From a bacterium (GTDB lineage Bacteria > UBP6 > JAFGXH01), in NCBI GenBank assembly GCA_027064085.1, contig JAMOQH010000182.1, positions 6,849 through 38,848 of the forward strand: a stretch of 32,000 nt of DNA, written 5' to 3'. The notes under the pieces were generated by a model. That model ran no database searches. It was not told the origin of the DNA and saw only the letters and a list, made by a program, of their open reading frames with translations. Each line of letters opens with the position of its first letter. The first letter of the stretch is position 1. The translations under genes were made by a program, and so were the position numbers. Below, in pieces: positions 1 to 8,871 of this stretch.

Positions 1-971
1 TCAGTTGAATCACTAAGGGAGTTAAAGATATTAAAACTTAATAATAAAGATAGTGAATGACCTTTTGTAATAGGAAATTCCCAAAAATTTTCAGTGTATG
101 GGGAGTAATTATATCTTAAATTTATATTAGGCCAGTAATTTTTTTTAGATAACTCTAAATTATATTTAGAAAGTTCTAGTATTTCTCTATTTTGTTTAAC
201 TATAGGTGAGTTGTTTTCTAGTTTTTTAATAAACAGTGTTATTAATTTGCCTTTTTCTGTTTTTATAATATTTTGAGGGATTTCGTTTTCTATTGATAAT
301 TCAGTAGGCAAAATTTCTTTGTTTATTAAAGATGACATTTCAATAAAAGTATTATCTAGTTCCATTTGAGTATTTAGTATAGCTGATTTTCTTTCTTCAC
401 AGGATAGTTTAAATGTTAATAAATCAACTTTTACCAGTTTTCCAAGTGTGCTTAATAATTTTGCATTTTCATAGTTTTTTTGTGCTAAAGCTAGTGACTT
501 TTGAAGTATTTTGAGTTTATTTTGTAGGTTATATGCTTTTATAAATAGTGAAATAGCTTGAGACTTTAAATTTAAAATTATAATTTTTAGTTCATATTCG
601 GATAATTTTTTATTGGATTTGTTAATTTTTAATAAGCTAAATCGTTTTTCGCCTAGAAAAATTGGTAAATTTATAGTTAAGTTTTTGGTCCAACTTGGAT
701 TTTGAGGAGCAGGTGAAGAGCTAGGGAGATATTTGCTAAAAGCTGAATTATTTCTTGAATTTACTGTTGCACCATAATTAAAATCGGCTGTTGGTAAAAA
801 GTTGTTATAGCTTTGTTTTAAAGATAAAGATTTCTTTTTTATTATATTTTTTTTTATTTTTATGGACAAATTATTATTATTTAACAATTTTAAATAGCTT
901 TTGAAACTCAAATTGTTATCATTTGAGGCATAAATTTGTATAGAAAGTAATATGAATAATAAAGTCTTAAT
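1..971 (-). CDS. TolC-family outer-membrane efflux protein, N-terminal ~323 codons (3' end lies beyond the window edge); start codon non-canonical or disrupted
   Basis: The minus-strand frame is open from 971 to position 1. It is absent from the ORF track because no stop falls in the window. The translation IKTLLFILLSIQIYA/SNDNN... looks like a signal peptide. There are two TolC-type repeat signatures (..LKQSYNNFLPTADFNYG.. and ..LELSKKNYWPNINLRYNYS..) separated by long helical stretches. A GGAG box lies 4 nt upstream of an ATT codon at 971-969. Confidence 0.55.
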   Translation of the reverse strand, partial: MKTLLFILLSIQIYASNDNNLSFKSYLKLLNNNNLSIKIKKNIIKKKSLSLKQSYNNFLPTADFNYGATVNSRNNSAFSKYLPSSSPAPQNPSWTKNLTINLPIFLGEKRFSLLKINKSNKKLSEYELKIIILNLKSQAISLFIKAYNLQNKLKILQKSLALAQKNYENAKLLSTLGKLVKVDLLTFKLSCEERKSAILNTQMELDNTFIEMSSLINKEILPTELSIENEIPQNIIKTEKGKLITLFIKKLENNSPIVKQNREILELSKYNLELSKKNYWPNINLRYNYSPYTENFWEFPITKGHSLSLLLSFNIFNSLSDST

Positions 972-997
972 ACAACTCCATTAAAAAATCTGTTTTT

Positions 998-1025
998 AGT
1001 ATAATCTATATAATGATTTTTGCAA
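998..1025 (-). promoter_or_regulatory. Putative sigma-70 promoter for the TolC-like gene
   Basis: On the minus strand, TTGCAA (1025-1020) is followed by a 16-nt spacer and TATACT (1003-998). This sits about 25 nt upstream of the GGAG/ATT start region. Confidence 0.35.
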
Positions 1026-1044
1026 GTATTTAAGTGATTTTTAT

Positions 1045-1114
1045 GTAAAAAAGAGTCCTTTTCAGAAGTAGCCAGAGGGGTTAATTCTTGAAGCTTCTTA
1101 CTCTGAAAAGGACT
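1045..1114 (-). terminator. Rho-independent-type terminator after the Cys-rich protein gene
   Basis: A perfect 13-bp inverted repeat pairs AGTCCTTTTCAGA (1054-1066) with TCTGAAAAGGACT (1102-1114). The loop is 35 nt and contains the GAAGCTTC palindrome. On the minus strand the stem is followed by CTTTTTTAC (complement of 1045-1053). It lies directly downstream of the stop at 1134. Confidence 0.5.
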
Positions 1115-1133
1115 TTACTTGAATATGTATTAT

Positions 1134-1631
1134 TTATTTACAAACATCAATCCATCTATTCTGATTTTCATCAAATTCAGGCTCACATAATTCATATTGA
1201 GAGCAACTGTATTCTGTGCATGGATTTTTTTGGCAATCTAATACAGGATGTATTCCTGAATAATCATGAATTGGTAAGTAACCAGGATTACATACACAAT
1301 CTCCCATTGAGTCGCAATGAGTATTATATCCGGTACATGAGCAAGAATTCTGCTGAGGTCTTTTACATACAAGAACAGGAGTTGTTGCACCACTTGTATC
1401 TATATCACTTTCAAATCCAGCATCACAAACACAGTAAGGTTCTCTTTCCCCAACAACGCAGTGCTGATTAGCATCACAGTTGTAATTTATACAGGTGTTT
1501 TCAACACATGTGTTTCCGCCTTCGGGAATAACCTGACCTGCAGGACATGATGTATGTGGCCCCGGAGCACAGCTAACTGCCAATAATGTTAATAAAGCGA
1601 ACAATGATGTTATAAAAGAAGCTCTGTACAT
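1134..1631 (-). CDS. Secreted Cys-rich protein with EGF-like modules (probable lipoprotein)
   Basis: ORF track 1134-1643. I prefer the ATG at 1631, preceded by GGAGG with a 5-nt spacer, over the TTG at 1643. The N-terminus MYRASFITSLFALLTLLAVSC has a signal peptide with a lipobox-like Cys. The mature part has more than 20 Cys in CxxxxC/CxC spacing typical of EGF-like modules (..CDANQHCVVGEREPYCVCDAGFE..). Confidence 0.7.
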   Translation of the reverse strand: MYRASFITSLFALLTLLAVSCAPGPHTSCPAGQVIPEGGNTCVENTCINYNCDANQHCVVGEREPYCVCDAGFESDIDTSGATTPVLVCKRPQQNSCSCTGYNTHCDSMGDCVCNPGYLPIHDYSGIHPVLDCQKNPCTEYSCSQYELCEPEFDENQNRWIDVCK

Positions 1632-1881
1632 AAATACCTCCAAAAGTATGAGCTAGTAGAAAACAGTCTGAAATGTAAAGTCTTTTCTTACACTCGCTGT
1701 ACCTATACTATACAGTATCATTATGATATTGTCAAGTGCAAAATATAGGCCTTATGACTGATTTTTTTTGATTTTTTCTCAAATTACAATCAAAACTATA
1801 CTAATCGTCAGCCAATTTCAAAAAGGTGAATGTTTAAAAAATGACTTTAAAATCTAAATAACTTGATATATCAATTGCTTT

Positions 1882-2340
1882 ATGTTATGTTTTCTAGCTA
1901 GATTTATTAGTCTATGGGGGAACTATTTGGAGTGGAATATTCATCCTTTTAAGGAAGAGCCTTTGAAATCATTATTCTTATCTGTTTTTTTATTGATGTT
2001 ATTCATTATTTTGTTTTTAATCTTTCCTAATATTCCTTTTGTATTTGCTTCAATAATTGTAATGATTTTATCATTAAGAGGTTATTTGTTTAAATCTAAG
2101 TATAAATTAGAGCCTGAAAATTTAACTGTTAAAATGCTAGTTTTTGAATATAAAAAAAAGTATATTGATTTTAAAAGAGTTTATATTGGTAAATCTGCTT
2201 TTTTAATGTCTCCTTTTACATATAAAACAAAATTAAATAGATATAGAGGTATATATATACCTTTTCCGGAAAATTTAAGAGAGAATGTTATTACATTTAT
2301 TAGTGGGAAATTTGAAGATGTCGTTATCACAGAAGGATAA
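1882..2340 (+). CDS. Hypothetical membrane protein (two N-terminal TM helices, soluble C-terminal domain)
   Basis: ORF track entry. Hydrophobic stretches SLFLSVFLLMLFIILFLIF and FVFASIIVMILSL are present. There is no obvious Shine-Dalgarno box, so the start is uncertain. It overlaps the next gene, suggesting co-transcription. Confidence 0.5.
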   Translation: MLCFLARFISLWGNYLEWNIHPFKEEPLKSLFLSVFLLMLFIILFLIFPNIPFVFASIIVMILSLRGYLFKSKYKLEPENLTVKMLVFEYKKKYIDFKRVYIGKSAFLMSPFTYKTKLNRYRGIYIPFPENLRENVITFISGKFEDVVITEG

Positions 2341-2659
2341 AAAACTTATTGATACTTATGCAATAAAGTTAGTGAATAAAGGTTGGGGCACAATGGCAAT
2401 AATGTTTTTTGATTCAACAAAATATTTAAGTAATATTGGAAGTCAGTTATTGCATGTTTTGAGTCCTACTTTAACAATGATTCCATATCTTAATAACTTT
2501 TTTAAAGATTCTGACCAAATTTCAGAAATTCTTGAAGATAGAGATAATGTAGAGTATTTTATTACTAGAATTGAATACTTTATGAATGAAGAGAGTAAAG
2601 CAAAAGAAAACAAGAGGAAATTATTAGATAAAAATAATGATGGAGCAAAACATGAGTGA
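2318..2659 (+). CDS. Hypothetical small protein (113 aa)
   Basis: ORF track 2285-2659. I prefer the internal ATG at 2318 (MSLSQKDKK..), which shortens the overlap with the upstream gene. No family is recognised. The 3' end overlaps the ATPase gene start (ATGAGTGA). Confidence 0.5.
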   Translation: MSLSQKDKKLIDTYAIKLVNKGWGTMAIMFFDSTKYLSNIGSQLLHVLSPTLTMIPYLNNFFKDSDQISEILEDRDNVEYFITRIEYFMNEESKAKENKRKLLDKNNDGAKHE

Positions 2660-4505
2660 TGAAAACAAGAAAAATCTTGATATCAATGTAATTGTTGCGA
2701 CTGATTGTGGAAGTACCACGACAAAAGCAATTCTTATTCAAAAAATTCAAGATGAAACAGGAAAATGGGTTTATAGACAAACTTTTAGAGGAGAAGCTCC
2801 AACAACAGTTGAAGCTCCTTTTGAAGATGTTACCATGGGCGTTTTAAATGCAATTAATGAATTAGAAGATTTGAGTGGCTTAAAAATTCTAGATGATGAT
2901 AATAACATTATCAGACCAGCAAAAGGTAAAATTGGTACAGATGTTTACATTTCAACATCTAGTGCAGGTGGTGGTCTTCAAATGATGGTTACTGGTGTTG
3001 TTAGAAATATGTCAGCAGAGTCCGCAGAAAGAGCGGCTCTAGCTGCTGGTGCAATTGTTATGGATGTAATAAGTGCAAATGATAAAAGGCTTGCTCATGA
3101 ACAAATAGAACGAATTAGGCAACTTAGGCCGGATATGATGTTGCTAGCTGGAGGGATTGATGGAGGAACGAAATCTCATGTTATGGAAATGACAGAACTT
3201 GTTTCTGCTGCTGCACCACAACCAAGGCTTGGTGGATTATTACCTATTATCTATGCTGGAAACCAAGATGTTGTAGAGGCTGTTAAAGATAAACTTGGAG
3301 CAAAAACAGATTTATCAATTGTTGATAATGTTAGACCAACCCTTGATGATGAAAATATTGCCCCTGCAAGAGATAAAATACATGATTTATTTATGGAACA
3401 TGTTATGGCTCAAGCTCCTGGATATAAAAAACTTATGAAGATGACTGATGTTCCTATTATGCCTACTCCTGGTGCAGTTGGTTTAATTATGGAAGAAATT
3501 GCCAAAAGAGATGGTATAAATGTTGTTGGTGTTGATATTGGAGGAGCTACAACAGATGTATTTTCTGTTTTTGATACTAAATTTAACAGAACCGTTTCTG
3601 CAAACTTAGGTATGAGTTACTCTATATCAAATGTTTTTGCTGAAGCTGGACTTCCAAATGTTATGCGTTGGGTTCCATTTAATATGAATGAAAAACAACT
3701 AAGAAATTCAATTAAGAATAAAATGATTAGGCCTACTACTATTCCTCAAAAACTTGAGGATTTAGTATTGGAACAAGCTGTTGCAAAAGAAGCATTAAGG
3801 CTTTCTTTTGTTCAACATAGAGAATTTGCAACAGAACTAAAAGGAACTCAGAAGAAAAGAACAATTTCTGATGCTTTTGCACAAGGAGGAGGAGATGGTT
3901 CTTTAATTAATATGATGCGTTTGGATATGCTTGTTGGTAGTGGTGGAGTTTTATCACATGCTCCTAAAAGGGTTCAGACTGCTTTAATGCTTTTGGATTC
4001 ATTTCAACCAGAAGGATTTACAACATTAACTGTTGATTCTATTTTTATGATGCCTCAACTTGGTGTTTTAACGGAAATATCTCCTGAAGCTGCTGTACAG
4101 GTTTTTGAAAGAGATTGTATTATTTATCTTGGTGAGTCTATTGCTCCAGTTGGGCATGCTAAAAAGAAAGATGATATAATTGCAGAATATAAAATAGAAA
4201 TGCCAGATGGTAAAATAATTACTGAAAAATTAAAGTATGGCTCAATGAAAAAATATCCTCTTGCTGTTGGAGAAAAAGCTAAATTAACAATTACTCCAAA
4301 TGCTAAGTTTGATATGGGGGCAGGTAAAGGTAAATCGATGACTAAAGAAGTAAGTGGGGGTGTTGTTGGTCTGATTATTGATGGCCGAGGAAGACCCTTA
4401 AATTTACCGACTGAAGCCTCAGAAAGAGTTAGGAAATTAACCGAGTGGATGGAAGAGTTAGAGATTTATCCAACTAAAGTATTTAAAGATAATAAGGAGG
4501 TATAA
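2652..4505 (+). CDS. GlmL/MutL-family ASKHA (actin-fold) ATPase, hydantoinase/oxoprolinase-related
   Basis: ORF track 2637-4505. The ATG at 2652 is preferred because GGAG (2641-2644) sits 7 nt upstream. Two ASKHA phosphate-binding motifs are present, ..VATDCGSTTTKAILI.. and ..VVGVDIGGATTDVFSV... The C-terminal ..GGVVGLIIDGRGRPL.. is as I recall for this family. Confidence 0.85.
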   Translation: MSDENKKNLDINVIVATDCGSTTTKAILIQKIQDETGKWVYRQTFRGEAPTTVEAPFEDVTMGVLNAINELEDLSGLKILDDDNNIIRPAKGKIGTDVYISTSSAGGGLQMMVTGVVRNMSAESAERAALAAGAIVMDVISANDKRLAHEQIERIRQLRPDMMLLAGGIDGGTKSHVMEMTELVSAAAPQPRLGGLLPIIYAGNQDVVEAVKDKLGAKTDLSIVDNVRPTLDDENIAPARDKIHDLFMEHVMAQAPGYKKLMKMTDVPIMPTPGAVGLIMEEIAKRDGINVVGVDIGGATTDVFSVFDTKFNRTVSANLGMSYSISNVFAEAGLPNVMRWVPFNMNEKQLRNSIKNKMIRPTTIPQKLEDLVLEQAVAKEALRLSFVQHREFATELKGTQKKRTISDAFAQGGGDGSLINMMRLDMLVGSGGVLSHAPKRVQTALMLLDSFQPEGFTTLTVDSIFMMPQLGVLTEISPEAAVQVFERDCIIYLGESIAPVGHAKKKDDIIAEYKIEMPDGKIITEKLKYGSMKKYPLAVGEKAKLTITPNAKFDMGAGKGKSMTKEVSGGVVGLIIDGRGRPLNLPTEASERVRKLTEWMEELEIYPTKVFKDNKEV

Positions 4506-5635
4506 TGGGGCATGCTTATACACCAGGCCTTAAGGTTACCAAAAGAGCTGTTGTAAGAAAACAAAGACTTCTACCTATTAAGGGTGATGTTTTAGTGAAA
4601 AAAGGTGACAAAGTGAAACCAAATGATATTGTTGCAAAAACAGAGTTGCCAGGTATAGTATTACCGGTTAATCTTGCAAATAGATTAGGTGTTTTACCTG
4701 CTGATGTACCATCTATTGTAACAATAAAAGAAGATCAAAGAGTAGAGGCTGAAACAACAATTGCAACAAGTAAGTCCTTTTTCGGACTTTTTACAAACGA
4801 GTATAAAACTCCAATTGCTTCTACCCTTGAATCAGTATCTAATATCACCGGGCAATTGATTTTGAGAGGAGATCCCATTCCTGTTGAAGTAAGGGCATAT
4901 ATTACTGGTACTGTAACAGAAATCTTTCCTGAAGAAGGAGTTATGATTGAAGAAGTTGCGGCTTATATTCAAGGTATTTTTGGAATAGGTGGTGAAGTTG
5001 ATGGTACTCTTGAAGTGATTAGTGAAACTCTTGATGATGTTGTTGATGAACACAAAATAAAGCCTGAACATAAAGGAAAGATTTTAGTTGCAGGTTCACT
5101 TGTTACTGGGGCTGCTCTAAATAAAGCTGTTGAGTATGGTGTAAGTGGCATTATTACTGGCGGTTTTGAAGATCAAGATTTAAAAGCTTTTTTAGGTTAT
5201 GATATTGGTGTTGCAATTACAGGAACTGAAGAAAAGGGTATCTCTTTGGTTGTAACAGAGGGATTTGGGCAAATTAAAATGGCTCCTAGAACTTTTAATT
5301 TATTAAAATCTCATAATGGACATTTGGTTTCAATAAATGGTTCAACTCAAATTAGAGCTGGCGTTATCAGACCAGAAGTTATTATTCCTCTTGGTGAAGA
5401 ACTTCAAGCAGATATTCCATCTGCTGAATCAGAAGGAGCTGCATTGAAAATTGGTGCATATTTAAGGATAATTAGAAGGCCTAATTTTGGTGAAATCGGA
5501 GTTGTAACTGAATTGCCACCAGATCCAACTAAATTAGATTCTGGAACTTATGCAAGAATTTTAAAGTTAAAATTAAATAAAAATGGTGAAGAGGTTATTG
5601 TTCCAAGAAGTAATGTTGAAATGATAGAGGAATAA
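4505..5635 (+). CDS. Uncharacterised soluble protein, partner of the GlmL-like ATPase; N-terminus resembles a lipoyl/biotinyl-type hybrid barrel
   Basis: The start shares a TAATG overlap with the ATPase stop and is preceded by AGGAGG. The N-terminus ..KGDVLVKKGDKVKPNDIVAKTELPG.. has the G-D-x-V / G-D-x-V pattern of barrel-sandwich hybrid domains. No TM segments are present. Confidence 0.8.
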   Translation: MGHAYTPGLKVTKRAVVRKQRLLPIKGDVLVKKGDKVKPNDIVAKTELPGIVLPVNLANRLGVLPADVPSIVTIKEDQRVEAETTIATSKSFFGLFTNEYKTPIASTLESVSNITGQLILRGDPIPVEVRAYITGTVTEIFPEEGVMIEEVAAYIQGIFGIGGEVDGTLEVISETLDDVVDEHKIKPEHKGKILVAGSLVTGAALNKAVEYGVSGIITGGFEDQDLKAFLGYDIGVAITGTEEKGISLVVTEGFGQIKMAPRTFNLLKSHNGHLVSINGSTQIRAGVIRPEVIIPLGEELQADIPSAESEGAALKIGAYLRIIRRPNFGEIGVVTELPPDPTKLDSGTYARILKLKLNKNGEEVIVPRSNVEMIEE

Positions 5636-5637
5636 TT

Positions 5638-7071
5638 ATGAGATATATATTAATATTTTTGTTTTTGGTGAGTGCAAATATGTTATTTGCACAAAATTCC
5701 GATAAAAAAGAAGTAAATAAAACTTCTGATGTAACTATTAGTAAGGATAAGCCACAGGCTTCTCCTACGAAAAATACAATAGGAGATAAAAAAGAAGAAG
5801 CTGTACAAGAAGTTGCACAGGAAGAAAAGAAGTATGAATCATCTATTTTTAAATTAGAGAATCACAAAGAAAATCTTAGTGGAGTAAAATATTTTATAAA
5901 AGATGAAAATCTAAAAATTCCTACAAATTTTACAGTGAAAGATATTGATAATGATGGTGGGGGGATTGTTATATTGTCATGGAAATATCCACTAGAAGAT
6001 AATGCTGAGTTTTTTGAAATATTAAGACGCTCTGAAAAAGAAAAAGAATTTAAAAAAATAGCAACAATAAAAGCTAATAAAAAGGAATTTGTTGTTAAAA
6101 AAGTAGTTAAAGCAACTAAAAAAACTTCTAAAAAAGTAAAAAAAGCAAAGGACTTAAGTCTTTATGCTTTTAGAAATGCTGGATTAAATGATGACTTACA
6201 TTATTTTTATAAAATAGTAGTAAAAAAAGATGGAAGATTTAATGAAACAAAAGAAGTAAAGGTTCAATCTTTAGTTGCTATTTTTGATGCAAACAAGACT
6301 TCTGTACTTATTGCTGCAATATTTTTGACTTTTGCTATTGTGTTCTTTATTAAAATGGCTAGGTCCGGTAAAAAACTTTATATCAGAAGAATTGCAGGTT
6401 TAGATGCTGTTGACGATGCTGTTGGGCGTGCTACTGAAATGGGTAGAGAAATTATGTTTGTTCCTGGTATTGGAGATATAGATGACCCTCAAACAATCGC
6501 TGGTTTAACAATACTTGGAAGAGTTGCAAAATTAACTGCTCAGTATAAAACGCCATTATCTGTTCCTGTCTCTAAATCAATGGTAATGGTTACAGGAAGA
6601 GAAATTGTTAAAGAATCATATTTGAGTATGGGAAGGCCAGAAAATTTTCAAAGTGGAATGGTTTATTATTTAACTGATGACCAATTTGGCTTTGCTGCTG
6701 GTGTTGATGGTATTATGGTTAGAGAAAAACCTGCTACAATATTTTTACAAGGTAGTTTCTTTGCAGAATCATTAATTTTAGCAGAAACAGGTCATCATGT
6801 TGGAGCTATTCAGATTTCAGGAACAGCTGCACCATCTCAATTACCTTTCTTTATCACGGCATGTGATTATACTCTTATGGGCGAAGAATTATATGCTGCA
6901 AGTGCATATCTTTCAAGAGAGCCGCAATTACTAGGTTCATTAAGAGGACAGGATGCCGGTAAAGCAATTATCTTAGCTGCTATCATTATTGGGATAGTGT
7001 TAGAAACAATAGCTGCCGTTAATCCTGATTTGCAGTGGTTGAGTATTAAACACTATTTTCATATTAAATAA
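5638..7071 (+). CDS. Membrane protein: signal peptide, FN3-like ectodomain, TM helix, large conserved C-terminal domain of unknown function (I believe it is a DUF-class family, unverified)
   Basis: GAGGAA lies upstream. The signal peptide is MRYILIFLFLVSANMLFA/QN. Next come a beta-rich segment (..GGGIVILSWKYPLEDNAEFFEILRR..), K-rich linkers and the TM helix VLIAAIFLTFAIVFFIKMA. A well-ordered domain follows (..RRIAGLDAVDDAVGRATEMGREIMFVPG.. ..GHHVGAIQISGTAAPSQLPFF..), then a final TM helix. Confidence 0.8.
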   Translation: MRYILIFLFLVSANMLFAQNSDKKEVNKTSDVTISKDKPQASPTKNTIGDKKEEAVQEVAQEEKKYESSIFKLENHKENLSGVKYFIKDENLKIPTNFTVKDIDNDGGGIVILSWKYPLEDNAEFFEILRRSEKEKEFKKIATIKANKKEFVVKKVVKATKKTSKKVKKAKDLSLYAFRNAGLNDDLHYFYKIVVKKDGRFNETKEVKVQSLVAIFDANKTSVLIAAIFLTFAIVFFIKMARSGKKLYIRRIAGLDAVDDAVGRATEMGREIMFVPGIGDIDDPQTIAGLTILGRVAKLTAQYKTPLSVPVSKSMVMVTGREIVKESYLSMGRPENFQSGMVYYLTDDQFGFAAGVDGIMVREKPATIFLQGSFFAESLILAETGHHVGAIQISGTAAPSQLPFFITACDYTLMGEELYAASAYLSREPQLLGSLRGQDAGKAIILAAIIIGIVLETIAAVNPDLQWLSIKHYFHIK

Positions 7072-7083
7072 AAGGAGAGATTA

Positions 7084-8871
7084 ATGCGTAAGGAAATACC
7101 TTTATTTATTACTGGACTTGTTGGTATAGTCCTAATATTACAATATTTTAGTCCTAATAAATCAATTAATGGTTTAGAGGGAATCTTTACAAATTGGATG
7201 CAAATTATTGCTGCATTTAGTATGATTTTAGGAGTTTTAAACCTTATCAGGGTTAATGGTGATAAAATATATAAAAAAAGAAAAAATTGGGGATTTAGTA
7301 TTGTAATTATTGTATCTTTGTTTGCTACGCTAATTATTGGTTTTGCCAATATTGGTGGTAAGTCAATGTATAATAGAAAAATTTTAAGGACTAACGGAAC
7401 AGTTGTTGGTAATATAACTAAAGATGTGATGTCTCATAATGGTTTTAAAGTTACTGATGCTAGTTTTGGTATTATGTTTAAAGCTTTAGTTGATGCAACA
7501 CAAAAAGAAAAGACAATTTCATCTATTCTTCCTAAAAGTTTAAAAACAGGAGATTTGAGAGCTAAATTTGACAAAATGCTTCCTATAGTTAGAAAAAGAA
7601 GTCATAAATCAATAGAAATTGTTAATAATATTGGTAGGCAAGTAAATGTTGAATTAGAGTCTTCTTTAAAAAAGATGAATTCACAAAGTTTTAATGAGTC
7701 AATTTTAAGAGTTTATGATAATTTAGAAAAAACTATATTAGAAGAGAATAAAAATTTTAAATTAGAAAATAAAAAATTAATTGATGAAAATATAAAAGCT
7801 CAATTAGCATTTTTATTTAAAAATATTGATACAGCTAATTCAAACTTAAAGTATTATAAAGATATTAAAGTATTTATAACCGAATTTAATGATTTTTTAT
7901 CTAAAGATAAAGATTTAATTGCAAAATTAGATGAAAATATTAAGAATTCTAAGAGCTATAATGATTTTTATAAAAAATCCTCTGTTTTATTTGCTTTAAA
8001 GCAAAATAATAAACTTAATGACTTTTTACTAAAAAACATACTAGATACATATTTAAATAATATTTATGTTGCTAAAAGTTATAAAAATGCTAAGGTTAAT
8101 ATATTAAAATCATTATCAGGAAATAAAGATTTAATAAATGCTCTTACATTAAACATTGAAAATAAATTAACTCAGCAATATATTAAAGACTTTAATAAAT
8201 ATGTAAGTAATACAGAGCAGTATATATCAGGTAATAAATATGTGAAAGGTGATGCGATTATAAAAGCTACATATAAACCTATAATTGCTAAATTATATAC
8301 TACTGAGAAAAAGAAAATTGCAAGTGTTATTTCAGCAGAGCTTAAATCTCCTGCTTTGTTAAAAAAATTAAAAGTTAATCAGCTTTTTTTGACAAGTTTA
8401 ATAAAAAATTCAAAATCAGAAGTAACTGCTTTAGGTATATCTGAAAAAAGCAGTGAGTTTATTATGCAAAAATTATTGGAAGGTGGTGGAGAGTATAAAT
8501 TATATACTCTTGAAGTTGGTTCTTCATTTATGGAAATATATAGATATATTTTTACTCCTCTTTCTTCAACAATGTTTGCGTTATTGGCCTTTTTTGTTGC
8601 ATCTGCATCATACAGAGCATTTAGAGCTAGAAATAAGGAAGCTACTTTATTATTGGTTGCAGGATTTTTAGTTATGCTAGGAGCTGTACCTATTGGTGAA
8701 ATGTTATCAATTCCCGGAGTGTTTTCTGTAGCAGAAGTATCTGACTTTATTATGAATGTTCCTGTTATGTCGGTTCAGAGTGGAATTATGATAGGGGTAG
8801 CACTTGGCGTTATTTCTACATCTCTTAGACTTATCTTAGGAATAGAACGAAGCCATTTAGGAGGTGATTAA
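7084..8871 (+). CDS. Polytopic membrane protein with a long central Asn/Lys-rich low-complexity (coiled-coil-like) insert
   Basis: AGGAGA lies upstream. There are about 3 N-terminal and about 3-4 C-terminal TM helices. The central segment of roughly 360 aa is dominated by N/K/L/I with heptad-like periodicity. Confidence 0.75.
   Translation: MRKEIPLFITGLVGIVLILQYFSPNKSINGLEGIFTNWMQIIAAFSMILGVLNLIRVNGDKIYKKRKNWGFSIVIIVSLFATLIIGFANIGGKSMYNRKILRTNGTVVGNITKDVMSHNGFKVTDASFGIMFKALVDATQKEKTISSILPKSLKTGDLRAKFDKMLPIVRKRSHKSIEIVNNIGRQVNVELESSLKKMNSQSFNESILRVYDNLEKTILEENKNFKLENKKLIDENIKAQLAFLFKNIDTANSNLKYYKDIKVFITEFNDFLSKDKDLIAKLDENIKNSKSYNDFYKKSSVLFALKQNNKLNDFLLKNILDTYLNNIYVAKSYKNAKVNILKSLSGNKDLINALTLNIENKLTQQYIKDFNKYVSNTEQYISGNKYVKGDAIIKATYKPIIAKLYTTEKKKIASVISAELKSPALLKKLKVNQLFLTSLIKNSKSEVTALGISEKSSEFIMQKLLEGGGEYKLYTLEVGSSFMEIYRYIFTPLSSTMFALLAFFVASASYRAFRARNKEATLLLVAGFLVMLGAVPIGEMLSIPGVFSVAEVSDFIMNVPVMSVQSGIMIGVALGVISTSLRLILGIERSHLGGD

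Noticed and set aside
1088-1471. 127-aa plus-strand ORF
   Set aside because: It is antisense to the Cys-rich secreted-protein gene (1134-1631). It has low-complexity H/Q/Y/L-rich composition, no SD, and begins inside the terminator hairpin. It is a shadow ORF.
1841-1884. Possible promoter (TGACTT ... TGATATAT) placing a transcription start at the ATG of 1882, i.e. a leaderless mRNA
   Set aside because: Hexamer quality is poor and the spacer is 19 nt. It is attractive only because the 1882 start lacks an SD, which is not enough to call it.
4832-5151. Two minus-strand ORFs (79 and 60 aa)
   Set aside because: They are antisense shadows inside the well-supported 4505-5635 CDS, with no ribosome-binding sites and implausible composition. 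The same judgement applies to the track ORFs at 2580-2780, 7059-7349, 8453-8671, 9260-9496, 13777-14034, 17069-17260, 17151-17435, 21086-21268, 21366-21689, 22484-22687 and 29559-29768.
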